Source of the DNA: an uncultured Clostridia bacterium
Lineage (GTDB): Bacteria > Bacillota > Clostridia > Christensenellales > UBA1242
Length of the DNA: 64,000 bases
NCBI GenBank assembly: GCA_944345365.1
Contig: CALVMJ010000001.1
Coordinates: 3,760-67,759 of the forward strand
Direction: 5' to 3'
Shown: piece by piece, positions 20,648-29,521 of the stretch
Position numbering within the stretch: position 1 is the first letter of the stretch
Layout: every line of letters starts with the position of its first letter
Translations under genes and position numbers: made by a program
Notes under the pieces: generated by a model
The model's input: the letters and a program-made list of their open reading frames with translations, nothing else
Told to the model about the DNA's origin: nothing
Database searches by the model: none

Positions 20648-23600
20648 ATGAAAGAATTTGTTCACCTGCATGTACATACTGAATATAGTCTGCTTGATGG
20701 ATTGGCGAGGATTTCCAAATTAATAGACATTACAAAAGAAAGGGGCTGGAAGGCCGTTGCTATAACTGATCACGGAAATATGTATGGTGCGCTGAAAATG
20801 TATGAGAAGTGCATTGTAGAAGGTATAAAGCCCATTATTGGTTGCGAGTTTTATATTTGTGATGACAGATTTAATAGAACAAGTAGAGAAAGCATTGGCC
20901 ATCTTGTTTTGCTTGCCAAGAATAACAAAGGTTATTCCAACTTATTAAAACTCAATGCTATTGCCTATAAAGAGGGCTTTTATTATAAGCCAAGAATTGA
21001 CTACAAAGCACTAAAAGAACACAGTGAAGGTCTTATTTGTCTTTCTGCTTGTCTTGCTGGGCATATTCCTCAATATATTTTGCAAAGAAGATTTGATGAA
21101 GCAGAAAATCTTGCAAAATGGTTTAAGGATATTTTTAAAGATGATTTTTATCTTGAAATTCAAAATCACAATATTCCCGAAGAAAAAGAGGTTCTTATTC
21201 ATCTTGCCGAGATGTCCAAAAAGCTTGGCATAAAGTTGGTGGCGACTAACGATGTTCATTATTTAAACAAAGAAGATGCTCTTTTGCAAGATGTTTTGAT
21301 GTGTGTGCAGATGAGAAAAACTATTGATGACCCCGACAGAATGAAATTCTCTACTGACGAATTCTATTACAAGACCTATGAAGAAATGGAGGAAGCTTTT
21401 AAGGGGTTTGAAGAAGCTTTGGAAGTGACAAATGAAATTGCAAAAAAATGCGATATTGTCATCAAAACAAAATCACTGGGAGAAATTTTTGGAGTTGACG
21501 AAAAATATAAGCTCCCACAGGATAAGAACTATATACCTGTATATTTGCCAGATACAGGTGAAACGGCGTTTGACTTTTTAAAACGAATTGCTTATGAGGG
21601 TTTGCACAAGAATTATAAGGAAATAACACCCCAACTTACGGAAAGAATGGAAATGGAGCTTACAACAATCAAGGAACAAGGTTTTGTGGAATACTTTCTT
21701 ATTGTTTGGGACTATATAAACTACGCTCGTAATAATGATATTCCCGTTGGACCTGGAAGAGGATCTGGTGCAGGAAGTTTGGTCGCTTATTGCACGGGGA
21801 TTACCAAAGTTGACCCAATCAAATATCACCTTATCTTTGAGAGGTTTATCAACAAGGAAAGGGTTTCTATGCCCGATTTCGACGTTGATTTTTGTATGGA
21901 TAGGCGTGGAGAGGTTATCGACTATGCAAAACGAAGGTATGGAGATGACCATGTTTCAAATATTGTAACCTTTGGAACAATGGCAGCAAAAAATGCTATT
22001 AGAGATGTCGCAAGAGTTTTAAATGCAACCAATGATGTGATTCCTATCGTAAAGGAAATTCCGGGGAAAGTTCCAGATGGATTAAACCCTAAAAAGCCGG
22101 TTCTAAAATATTATTTTGGCACGACAGGTGATCCTGCGTTTGATAAATATATCATTCCAGATTTAAGAAAAGCTTATGAAGAGAATGAAACTATAAAAAA
22201 GATTGCAGATATGGCTATAAAGCTTGAAGGAGTGCCAAGAAACACATCTATGCACGCTGCCGGTGTTTTAATTGCACCACAGCCTGTTGATAATTTTGTT
22301 CCACTTGCAAAAAACGGCGAAGATGTTGTAACTCAGTATGATATGATAGAGCTTGAACACTTGGGACTTTTAAAAATGGACTTTTTGGGACTTAGAACCC
22401 TTACGGATATTTACAAGGCAGTAAAGTATGTCGAGCAAGAGCACGGTGTTCATATTGATTTCTATGACATGGAGTACGATGATCCAAAAGTTTTTGAGCT
22501 TATAAGTTCTGGAAAAACAGATGCCATTTTCCAACTTGAAAGTGGTGGAATGAAAAAGTTTATGAAAGACCTTGGGCCTACTTGTATGGACGACATTATT
22601 GCGGGAATTTCGATGTATCGTCCGGGGCCTATGGATTCGATTCCAAGATTTGTTGAAAGCAAAAAACACCCCGAAAAAATCTATTATGAAGATGCTTGTT
22701 TAGAGCCAATTTTAAATATGACATATGGTTGCATTGTTTACCAAGAGCAAGTTATGAGCATTGTTCAAGTGATGGGGGGATACAGCCTTGGTCAAGCCGA
22801 TAATATTCGCCGTATTATGGGAAAAAAACAAGTTAACAAGATTGCCGCAGAAAAGATTAAGTTTGTTGACGGTTGGGATGATCCAGAAGGGAAAAAATCT
22901 ATTCCTGGTGCAGTGAAGCTGGGACACGATAGAGCTGTTGCAGAAAAGATATTTGATGCAATGGCAGAGTTTGCAAAGTATGCCTTTAATAAATCTCATG
23001 CCGCTGCATACGCTTATGTTGGATATCAGACAGCTTATTTAAAATGCTATTACGAAGTTGAATTTTTAACAGCTGTTTTAAATAACAGAATAACCAATAT
23101 CGATGAAATTAAAAAATATACAACATTTGCAAAGAAGGAAGGAATTGAGATTTTACCCCCAAATATCAACAAAAGCATAACCGAATTCAAGGTTGAAAAT
23201 GGAAGTATAAGATTTGGGCTTGCAGGGCTTAGAAATGTTGGCTCGGCCGTTGTTGACAGCATTATAGAAGAAAGAAATAGAAATGGAGAGTTTAAAAGCT
23301 TTGAAGATTTTGTTTCAAGAGTAGATGGACAAGTGCTTAATAAGCGCTGTTTGGAAAGCTTGATAATGAGTGGAGCTTTTGATGTTTTCAATGTTTACAG
23401 ATCTCAACTGATGGAAATTTATCCAATTGCCGTTGACAGGGCAGTTAAGGAGGCAAAAAATCGAGATAGTGGACAAATTTCTATGTTTGGAGGAGATTTA
23501 ATTTCCGACCCTTCATTTGACAATTTAGAATATCCAAAAATAAAGGAATACAACAAAGAAACAATTTTAAAAAAGGAAAAAGAGTTTGTTGGAATTTATC

Positions 23601-24232
23601 TTTCAGGACACCCTCTTGAAAATTACTTAGAAAAGTATGATTCATTTACTCTCACTTCTGATATGCTTGGGGCTGAAGAAAGCGAGGAAGATGAAGATAG
23701 TATTTCTGATGAAAATGAAAACAAAGAAGACTTTGCGGAAGGGCAAGTGGTAATATGTGGAGGAATCATTGTTGAAAAGAAAAAACTCACCTCCAAAAAG
23801 TCAAATAAGGATATGGCTTTTATCAAGATAGAGGATATTTATGGGACTATTGAGGTGGCAATTATGCCAAACATTTATCCAAAATATAAGCATTTGCTTG
23901 AAGAGGATAAGCTTATAACAGTTAGAGGAAAAATTTCTTTAAGAAATGAAATTCCAAGTGTTGTGGCGGAGGAAATTATAGAGTGGGGAAAAAGTGAACA
24001 AGAAGAGCAAGTAAACTACAAAAAACTCTATATTAGATTCAATACCAAAAACTTTGATGAATTCCAAAAGATAAAAAAATCCCTTTCTTCCTATCCGGGT
24101 AAAAGCCCTGTGATAATAAAGTGCACTGATTGTGGGAAAGCATTCAGTTACAGCGAAACAGTTGAAATTAATAATTATCTTTTAAATGAACTTTATGGAA
24201 TTGTGGGTGAATCAAATGTTGTTGTGAAGTAA
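20648..24232 (+). CDS. dnaE: DNA polymerase III alpha subunit (DnaE)
   Basis: HLHVHTEYSLLDG PHP, GRGSGAGS, MPDFDVDF, YAFNKSHA; ATG 20648 after AGGAG. Confidence 0.97.
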   Translation: MKEFVHLHVHTEYSLLDGLARISKLIDITKERGWKAVAITDHGNMYGALKMYEKCIVEGIKPIIGCEFYICDDRFNRTSRESIGHLVLLAKNNKGYSNLLKLNAIAYKEGFYYKPRIDYKALKEHSEGLICLSACLAGHIPQYILQRRFDEAENLAKWFKDIFKDDFYLEIQNHNIPEEKEVLIHLAEMSKKLGIKLVATNDVHYLNKEDALLQDVLMCVQMRKTIDDPDRMKFSTDEFYYKTYEEMEEAFKGFEEALEVTNEIAKKCDIVIKTKSLGEIFGVDEKYKLPQDKNYIPVYLPDTGETAFDFLKRIAYEGLHKNYKEITPQLTERMEMELTTIKEQGFVEYFLIVWDYINYARNNDIPVGPGRGSGAGSLVAYCTGITKVDPIKYHLIFERFINKERVSMPDFDVDFCMDRRGEVIDYAKRRYGDDHVSNIVTFGTMAAKNAIRDVARVLNATNDVIPIVKEIPGKVPDGLNPKKPVLKYYFGTTGDPAFDKYIIPDLRKAYEENETIKKIADMAIKLEGVPRNTSMHAAGVLIAPQPVDNFVPLAKNGEDVVTQYDMIELEHLGLLKMDFLGLRTLTDIYKAVKYVEQEHGVHIDFYDMEYDDPKVFELISSGKTDAIFQLESGGMKKFMKDLGPTCMDDIIAGISMYRPGPMDSIPRFVESKKHPEKIYYEDACLEPILNMTYGCIVYQEQVMSIVQVMGGYSLGQADNIRRIMGKKQVNKIAAEKIKFVDGWDDPEGKKSIPGAVKLGHDRAVAEKIFDAMAEFAKYAFNKSHAAAYAYVGYQTAYLKCYYEVEFLTAVLNNRITNIDEIKKYTTFAKKEGIEILPPNINKSITEFKVENGSIRFGLAGLRNVGSAVVDSIIEERNRNGEFKSFEDFVSRVDGQVLNKRCLESLIMSGAFDVFNVYRSQLMEIYPIAVDRAVKEAKNRDSGQISMFGGDLISDPSFDNLEYPKIKEYNKETILKKEKEFVGIYLSGHPLENYLEKYDSFTLTSDMLGAEESEEDEDSISDENENKEDFAEGQVVICGGIIVEKKKLTSKKSNKDMAFIKIEDIYGTIEVAIMPNIYPKYKHLLEEDKLITVRGKISLRNEIPSVVAEEIIEWGKSEQEEQVNYKKLYIRFNTKNFDEFQKIKKSLSSYPGKSPVIIKCTDCGKAFSYSETVEINNYLLNELYGIVGESNVVVK

Positions 24233-24290
24233 CAAAAACAAAGACATAATTAAAAATCCGATAGTAATTTTTATCACACAAGGACTACCA

Positions 24291-24324
24291 AAGCCTCATG
24301 GGGTAACTCATGAGGTTTATTTTG
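24291..24324 (+). terminator. terminator-like hairpin after dnaE
   Basis: CCTCATGGG-GTAA-CTCATGAGG (GNRA loop) followed by T-rich tail. Confidence 0.65.
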
Positions 24325-24389
24325 TAATTGCTTGACTTTTTTTTAACATAATGTTAATCTTTTTTATATACATAATAAAGGAGAAAAAA

Positions 24390-25508
24390 ATGGGACTTTT
24401 TAGTTTTTTTAAAAGACAATTATTAGAAGTAATTGAGTGGAAGGATAGCTCAAAAGACACTATTGTATACAGATTTCCACTTACTGAAAGAGATGAAATC
24501 ATGAACAGCTCAACTTTGGTTGTTAGACCATCTCAGGTTGCAGTTTTTGTCCATAAGGGCCAAGTCGCAGATGTTTTTTCTGCTGGCACTTACAAGCTTT
24601 CAACAGAAAATATTCCATTTTTGACAAAATTATTATCCCTGCCAACTGGATTCAATTCAAGAATCAAAGCCGAAGTGTATTTCATAAACACAAAGCAATT
24701 TATTGGACAAAAGTGGGGAACTCAAAACCCTGTAATGATGAGAGATGCTGATTTTGGAAATGTTAGGATAAGGGCATTTGGAATTTACTCCTATAAAGTT
24801 GTTAATCCAAAATTATTTATGGAGGAAGTGTTTGGCTCTAACGAACTTTACCAGGTTAGCGATGCAAGTGATTATTTAAGACCTTACATAGTTCAGGGAA
24901 TTTCGGACGCAGTGGCAGAAAGTAAAATTAGTGCCCTTGATTTAGCATCAAATTATAAGGAGTTTTCAGAAGATGTGATAAATGCTTGTCAAGAACAATT
25001 CAAGTCTTTGGGGTTAAAGCTTTGTGGTGTAACCATTGAAAACATCTCGTTGCCAGAAGAAGTTGAAAAAGCCCTCGATGAAAGAACCAAGATTGGTGTT
25101 ATGGAAGACAAGATTGGCACATACACTCAGTATCAAGCTGCTAATGCTTTAAGAGATGCTGCAAAAAATGAAGGCGGAGGAAATCTTGCAGGGCTTGGAG
25201 TTGGACTTGGGGCAGGAACAGGCATAGGAAAACTTTTTTCGGAAAATTTAACAATGGAAAATAAACCTAAAGAGGAATATGCTGTTTGTTCAAAATGTGG
25301 AGCAAAACTAAGAAAAAATGCTAAATTTTGTCCAGAATGTGGACAAAGGCAGGGGGCAGTTTGCCCAAAATGTGGAGCGTCTGTTGGCAAAACTGCAAAA
25401 TTCTGTCCAGAGTGTGGGGAGTCATTGAAGAAGAAATGCAAAAATTGTGGTGCAGAATTAAAAAAGACATCTAAGTTTTGTCCAGAATGTGGAACTAAGG
25501 TTGAATAA
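24390..25508 (+). CDS. SPFH-domain protein with C-terminal zinc ribbons (YdjI-like)
   Basis: LEVIEW, VRPSQVAVF..G, KWGTQNP, RAFGIY; repeated CxxCG..FCPECG. Confidence 0.85.
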   Translation: MGLFSFFKRQLLEVIEWKDSSKDTIVYRFPLTERDEIMNSSTLVVRPSQVAVFVHKGQVADVFSAGTYKLSTENIPFLTKLLSLPTGFNSRIKAEVYFINTKQFIGQKWGTQNPVMMRDADFGNVRIRAFGIYSYKVVNPKLFMEEVFGSNELYQVSDASDYLRPYIVQGISDAVAESKISALDLASNYKEFSEDVINACQEQFKSLGLKLCGVTIENISLPEEVEKALDERTKIGVMEDKIGTYTQYQAANALRDAAKNEGGGNLAGLGVGLGAGTGIGKLFSENLTMENKPKEEYAVCSKCGAKLRKNAKFCPECGQRQGAVCPKCGASVGKTAKFCPECGESLKKKCKNCGAELKKTSKFCPECGTKVE

Positions 25509-26566
25509 TGGTAAGGAAGTTAAATGCGACAATTGAAAAATGTGAGGGGTGTGGAGGAAATCTGGTTTTTTGTCCCGATACTTTGGAATTGACTTGCGAA
25601 AAATGTGGTAAAGAACAAAAATTTAACAAACAAAAATTAACAACTAAAAGGAATTTAAATTTTGATTTTCAAGAAGATAATTATAATAAATGGGTAGAGT
25701 CCAACAAGGTGATTCAGTGTAAGAGTTGTGGAGCTAGGATTGTTTTAAATAAATTAGAATATGCTTCTAACTGCCCTTATTGTCAAAGTTCTTTTGTTTC
25801 ACTCAGTGAAGAGCTTCCAGGAATAACGCCAGATGGGATCATACCCTTCGAATTTGATGGGGATGAAGCCTTACATAAGTTTAAAGCACAGGTAAAAAAG
25901 AGATTTTACGTTCCCAGAGCTATAAAAAAATCTCTTCCAAGAAATAAAGTAAGTGGCGTTTATATTCCTTCGTTTTCCTTCGACCTAGATTCTAAATCAA
26001 GTTATAAAGGGGTGCTTATAAAAACTCAGACTTACTTTAAAGATGGGAAAAGTTACACAAGAGAATTTTCTTTTCCAATCTCAGGCAAAATTAATCTGCC
26101 GTTTAGGGATATAATGGTTGAGGCAAGTTCACAAATAACTCAAAAACAGCTTTCTCAAATCCTTCCTTTTAATAGTGAAAAAGCCTATAAGTTTGAAGAA
26201 GATTTTATAAGAGGGTATGTAGTGGAGCATTATAACGAGGATCTAAAAGCTTGTTTTGAGCAGGCCAAACAAATAGTTGATCCAAATATTCGAAGAGAAA
26301 TTTTAAAAAAATATGCATATTCAAGAGTTCAATATTTGGACATAGATACAAAGTTTTATAACGAAAAATTTATTTATAATGTTTCGCCAATATATATATT
26401 TGAATATAATTACAAAAAAAAGCAATATGTTACGCTTATGAATGGGCAAACAGGAAAATTAGGAAAAGACCTTCCTATTAGCAAAATTAAAGTTGCATTC
26501 ACGGTGCTAATTATTTTGCTTTTTATAGCTGGTGTAGTGGTTTTGTCGATACTATACAGCAATTAA
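25508..26566 (+). CDS. zinc-ribbon protein with C-terminal TM (YdjG-like)
   Basis: CEGCGG, CEKCG, CKSCGA..CPYC, IIPF, NGQTGK, terminal hydrophobic helix. Confidence 0.75.
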   Translation: MVRKLNATIEKCEGCGGNLVFCPDTLELTCEKCGKEQKFNKQKLTTKRNLNFDFQEDNYNKWVESNKVIQCKSCGARIVLNKLEYASNCPYCQSSFVSLSEELPGITPDGIIPFEFDGDEALHKFKAQVKKRFYVPRAIKKSLPRNKVSGVYIPSFSFDLDSKSSYKGVLIKTQTYFKDGKSYTREFSFPISGKINLPFRDIMVEASSQITQKQLSQILPFNSEKAYKFEEDFIRGYVVEHYNEDLKACFEQAKQIVDPNIRREILKKYAYSRVQYLDIDTKFYNEKFIYNVSPIYIFEYNYKKKQYVTLMNGQTGKLGKDLPISKIKVAFTVLIILLFIAGVVVLSILYSN

Positions 26567-26595
26567 AAGAATTTGAATATTTTAAGGAGGAAAAA

Positions 26596-27051
26596 ATGAA
26601 TAAAATAGAAAAGGGAAAAAAAGCATTAATATGGCTTGGGGTGGGGAGTTTTATTCTCACCATTATATTAATTGTTGTGGGAATCTTTGTAATAATAAAT
26701 GGAGCAAAAAGTTTGTCGAACGGGGTGAGCGTTAGAAACATTTTCGAAATTGTTGCAGGGTCTATATTATTGTTAATTTCATTTTTCTTTGCCTACATTG
26801 GAATTTACTTTTGCTGGGTTGGAAGTGCTATTAAAGCTACAAATGGAAGCATAAAAGATGACGATTTATGCAAGGGAACGGTTAATATGAAAAAATGCAA
26901 AAATTGTGGCAGTGAAGTTTGTTTGTCGGACAAAGTTTGTGGACAATGTGGAAATAAACTTGAAGAAAAAGTAGTTTGTGAAAAGTGTAAGAGCAAAATC
27001 GACTCCTCAAAAAAACATTGCACAAAATGTGGAGAATCTTTGAAAAAATAA
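26596..27051 (+). CDS. two-TM membrane protein with double zinc ribbon
   Basis: Two hydrophobic helices then CKNCG..CGQCG..CEKC..CTKCG. Confidence 0.75.
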   Translation: MNKIEKGKKALIWLGVGSFILTIILIVVGIFVIINGAKSLSNGVSVRNIFEIVAGSILLLISFFFAYIGIYFCWVGSAIKATNGSIKDDDLCKGTVNMKKCKNCGSEVCLSDKVCGQCGNKLEEKVVCEKCKSKIDSSKKHCTKCGESLKK

Positions 27052-27055
27052 ATAT

Positions 27056-27084
27056 AAAAAACTTAGCATATGCTAAGCTTTTTT
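27056..27084. terminator. bidirectional terminator
   Basis: A6-CTTAGCA-TA-TGCTAAG-C-T6 between convergent genes. Confidence 0.7.
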
Positions 27085-27649
27085 AATAATCACTTCTGAG
27101 TTCAAAAATTGCAACATTCTCATTATTTATTCCAACTGGGCAATCATAAACTGCAAATTCAACTACTAGATCATATAGCTCATATTTAGCTAAATATGAT
27201 ATTATTTTAGAAAAGCCGGGGATATCCCAAATCTTGTCATCATCTAAGGTTGTGTGAATATTATATTCTGGCTTTTCGTAGATGTTTCTGTGGTCTGCAT
27301 TTTTGTCTGTTCTTGCAGTAAGGTCAACAATATCTGTTTCAAATCCTTTTTTTACTTTAATGTCCCCAAGTAATATTATGTTTTCATCATATTCATTTGC
27401 AGAAACACAAAGAGTTATAAAGCCTTTATACTCGATAAGCTTTTGCAAGCATTCTTCATATGAAGTTACAAAGAAAAATTTCCCAGAAGTATTTTTAGCA
27501 TCTCTTAAACAATATTCTTTTGCCGGATTTTGTAAAAAGAACAACTTAATCCTTTCAAAATCATTAACACCAAAAACTTCCTCTTTAAAATGATTGAGTT
27601 TAAGCTCCTTGATTTTCTCAATACTTTCCTTTTTTGTTTTTACATACAT
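27083..27649 (-). CDS. hypothetical protein (188 aa)
   Basis: ORF with GAGGA RBS; no family recognised with certainty. Confidence 0.7.
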   Translation of the reverse strand: MYVKTKKESIEKIKELKLNHFKEEVFGVNDFERIKLFFLQNPAKEYCLRDAKNTSGKFFFVTSYEECLQKLIEYKGFITLCVSANEYDENIILLGDIKVKKGFETDIVDLTARTDKNADHRNIYEKPEYNIHTTLDDDKIWDIPGFSKIISYLAKYELYDLVVEFAVYDCPVGINNENVAIFELRSDY

Positions 27650-27773
27650 ATTATTTTCCTCAATAAAAATATATCATTTTTAATCAAAAAAAACAAATAA
27701 AAAGTATTGATTGGTTCTTTTTGTGGATTTAATTGTTTTTTTATTAAAAAAATAAAAATATTTATTAAAATTG

Positions 27774-27802
27774 TTGACAAAATGGGTGTGGTATGTTATC
27801 AT
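27774..27802 (+). promoter_or_regulatory. sigma-A promoter of tRNA operon
   Basis: TTGACA, 17 bp, TATCAT with TG extension. Confidence 0.8.
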
Positions 27803-27819
27803 AACAGCGTCGCAAATAT

Positions 27820-27893
27820 GCAGGTGTAGTTCAGTGGTAGAACCCCAGCCTTCCAAGCTGGTTGCGAGGGTCCGATTCCCTTCACCTGCTCCA
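27820..27893 (+). tRNA. tRNA-Gly(TCC)
   Basis: GCAGGTG/CACCTGC acceptor, CCAGC-CTTCCAA-GCTGG, encoded CCA. Confidence 0.93.
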
Positions 27894-27896
27894 TGG

Positions 27897-27973
<77 letters not shown>

Positions 27974-27990
27974 ACAAAAAAGACCTTTAT

Positions 27991-28067
27991 GGTGGTCGTA
28001 GTTCAGTTGGTAGAACGCCAGATTGTGGCTCTGGAGGTCAAGGGTTCGATCCCCTTCGATCACCCCA
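27991..28067 (+). tRNA. tRNA-His(GTG)
   Basis: G-1, GTGGTCG/CGATCAC, TT-GTG-GC loop, C73, CCA. Confidence 0.93.
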
Positions 28068-28097
28068 TATACTAATTTAAGTGCGTCACCTTAACAT

Positions 28098-28172
28098 TGG
28101 GGTGTCGCCAAGCGGTAAGGCCTTGGATTCTGACTCCAACATCCGCAGGTTCGAATCCTGCCACCCCAGCCA
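28098..28172 (+). tRNA. tRNA-Gln(CTG)
   Basis: TGGGGTG/CACCCCA, TTGGA-TTCTGAC-TCCAA, CCA. Confidence 0.93.
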
Positions 28173-28219
28173 GTTAATACTTAAAAACCAGTTTACATTG
28201 GCCTAACCGACAATCATAT

Positions 28220-28294
28220 TGGGGTGTCGCCAAGTGGTAAGGCACACGATTTTGATTCGTGCATCCGTAGGTTCAAATCCTGCCACCCCAGCCA
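28220..28294 (+). tRNA. tRNA-Gln(TTG)
   Basis: TGGGGTG/CACCCCA, CACGA-TTTTGAT-TCGTG, CCA. Confidence 0.93.
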
Positions 28295-28323
28295 CTTAGT
28301 TTATATTGCTATTTTTTTAATAT

Positions 28324-28399
28324 GGTTCACTAGCTCAGTTGGTAGAGCACTTGACTTTTAATCAAGGGGTCCCGGGTTCGAGCCCCGGGTGAGCCACCA
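28324..28399 (+). tRNA. tRNA-Lys(TTT)
   Basis: GGTTCAC/GTGAGCC, CTTGA-CTTTTAA-TCAAG, CCGGG-TTCGAGC-CCCGG, CCA. Confidence 0.94.
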
Positions 28400-28424
28400 A
28401 AAAACAGGTTTTACCTGTTTTTTT
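28400..28424 (+). terminator. terminator of tRNA operon
   Basis: AAAAACAGGT-TTT-ACCTGTTTTT. Confidence 0.8.
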
Positions 28425-28429
28425 GTTTT

Positions 28430-28615
28430 CCCGGGGCATTCTAATCTTCGATTAGAAAAATCACTTTGTGATTTCGAACCCGGTATCCCGGTCGGCCCAA
28501 AGCCTGCGAAGAAATGCTGGCAGGTTTGAGCCTCTTCCCGTAAACAAGTTTACCGAGGCTCTGCACCGAGCCTCGAAGTAATTACTAAATTGTTGGTGAA
28601 GAAATCTTAGTAATT
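28430..28615. repeat. GC-richer, hairpin-dense palindromic element of unknown function
   Basis: At least six stems: TTCTAAT/ATTAGAA, AAATCAC/GTGATTT, AGCCTGC/GCAGGTT, GTAAAC/GTTTAC, CGAGGCTC/GAGCCTCG, AATTACTAA/TTAGTAATT. Confidence 0.7.
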
Positions 28616-28713
28616 TTAAATTCAAGTGATTAAATTATATATAATGCTATTAAAAAATTGTTGTTATATATAAAGTTATAATAAGAAAAATATAATAATT
28701 TTTTCTTTTTGTA

Positions 28714-28742
28714 TTGACTTGTTAAAAATTTAGTGTTATACT
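28714..28742 (+). promoter_or_regulatory. sigma-A promoter
   Basis: TTGACT, 17 bp, TATACT with TG extension. Confidence 0.75.
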
Positions 28743-28765
28743 AAAACAGTATTAAAGGAGGAAAA

Positions 28766-29455
28766 ATGAAAAATATTAATTGGGGAACACCAGAAGAAGC
28801 AACACAAAAACTTTTTAGTTATGTAACCACAGGTGTGGAACTTGGAAAATTAAAACCGGTTGTTTGTGCAAAGTCTGCAATGGTAGATGCGAGGGATCCA
28901 AGGCCAGAAGAAATTGGCAAACCTCTTCAAGTTTGGACAAATGGTAAATTGGAGGCTAACAGCAACTATATTGTTAAAGAAGATGACAAAATTTTGACTA
29001 CACTCAATCAAGATGGCTCTGCTAAACTTGATGAATATGGTCATGCAAACGAATATTTAATGCCGGCAAAAAAGCTTGCGTCAAGATATCCAAAAAAGAT
29101 TAATGGACATTATGTGGCAGACAATACTCCAAGTGTTATGGTTAAGTTGTCAGATTCCATTATTCCAGAGGAAGGAATTACTGTTGTTCCTCCTGGTTGG
29201 TGGGGTTCTACTGGAACATTGCATAAAGGTGGAGCTATTATGCTTCCATTTGATCCAAATCGTTCCAAGGAAGGTCAGGTTTGGGCATGGAACAAAGAGG
29301 GTGCAAATAAATTAGACTGGTATCCTAATAATGAGCCTTGGACATATTCAGAATGCGATAAAAATGGAACTTTCAAAGATCCGACTTTAAGAAAATCGTT
29401 TGGACAAAATGGAGAATTTCAAGGAGATCCGTACTCTTCAAAGAGTAAAGAATAA
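28766..29455 (+). CDS. hypothetical protein (229 aa), possibly PGDYG-like
   Basis: Own promoter, AAGGAGG RBS and terminator; family resemblance is inference only. Confidence 0.75.
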   Translation: MKNINWGTPEEATQKLFSYVTTGVELGKLKPVVCAKSAMVDARDPRPEEIGKPLQVWTNGKLEANSNYIVKEDDKILTTLNQDGSAKLDEYGHANEYLMPAKKLASRYPKKINGHYVADNTPSVMVKLSDSIIPEEGITVVPPGWWGSTGTLHKGGAIMLPFDPNRSKEGQVWAWNKEGANKLDWYPNNEPWTYSECDKNGTFKDPTLRKSFGQNGEFQGDPYSSKSKE

Positions 29456-29468
29456 AAGTATTCAAAAC

Positions 29469-29499
29469 AAAAAAACAGCTCTTATGAGCTGTTTTTTTT
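29469..29499. terminator. bidirectional terminator
   Basis: AAAAAAACAGCTC-TTAT-GAGCTGTTTTTTT. Confidence 0.85.
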
Positions 29500-29521
29500 G
29501 GAGTTATGGTTAAAGAAACGG

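Noticed and set aside
23660-23740. Acidic tract in DnaE as an intein or insertion element
   Set aside because: It is a short low-complexity linker before the OB fold, with no intein motifs
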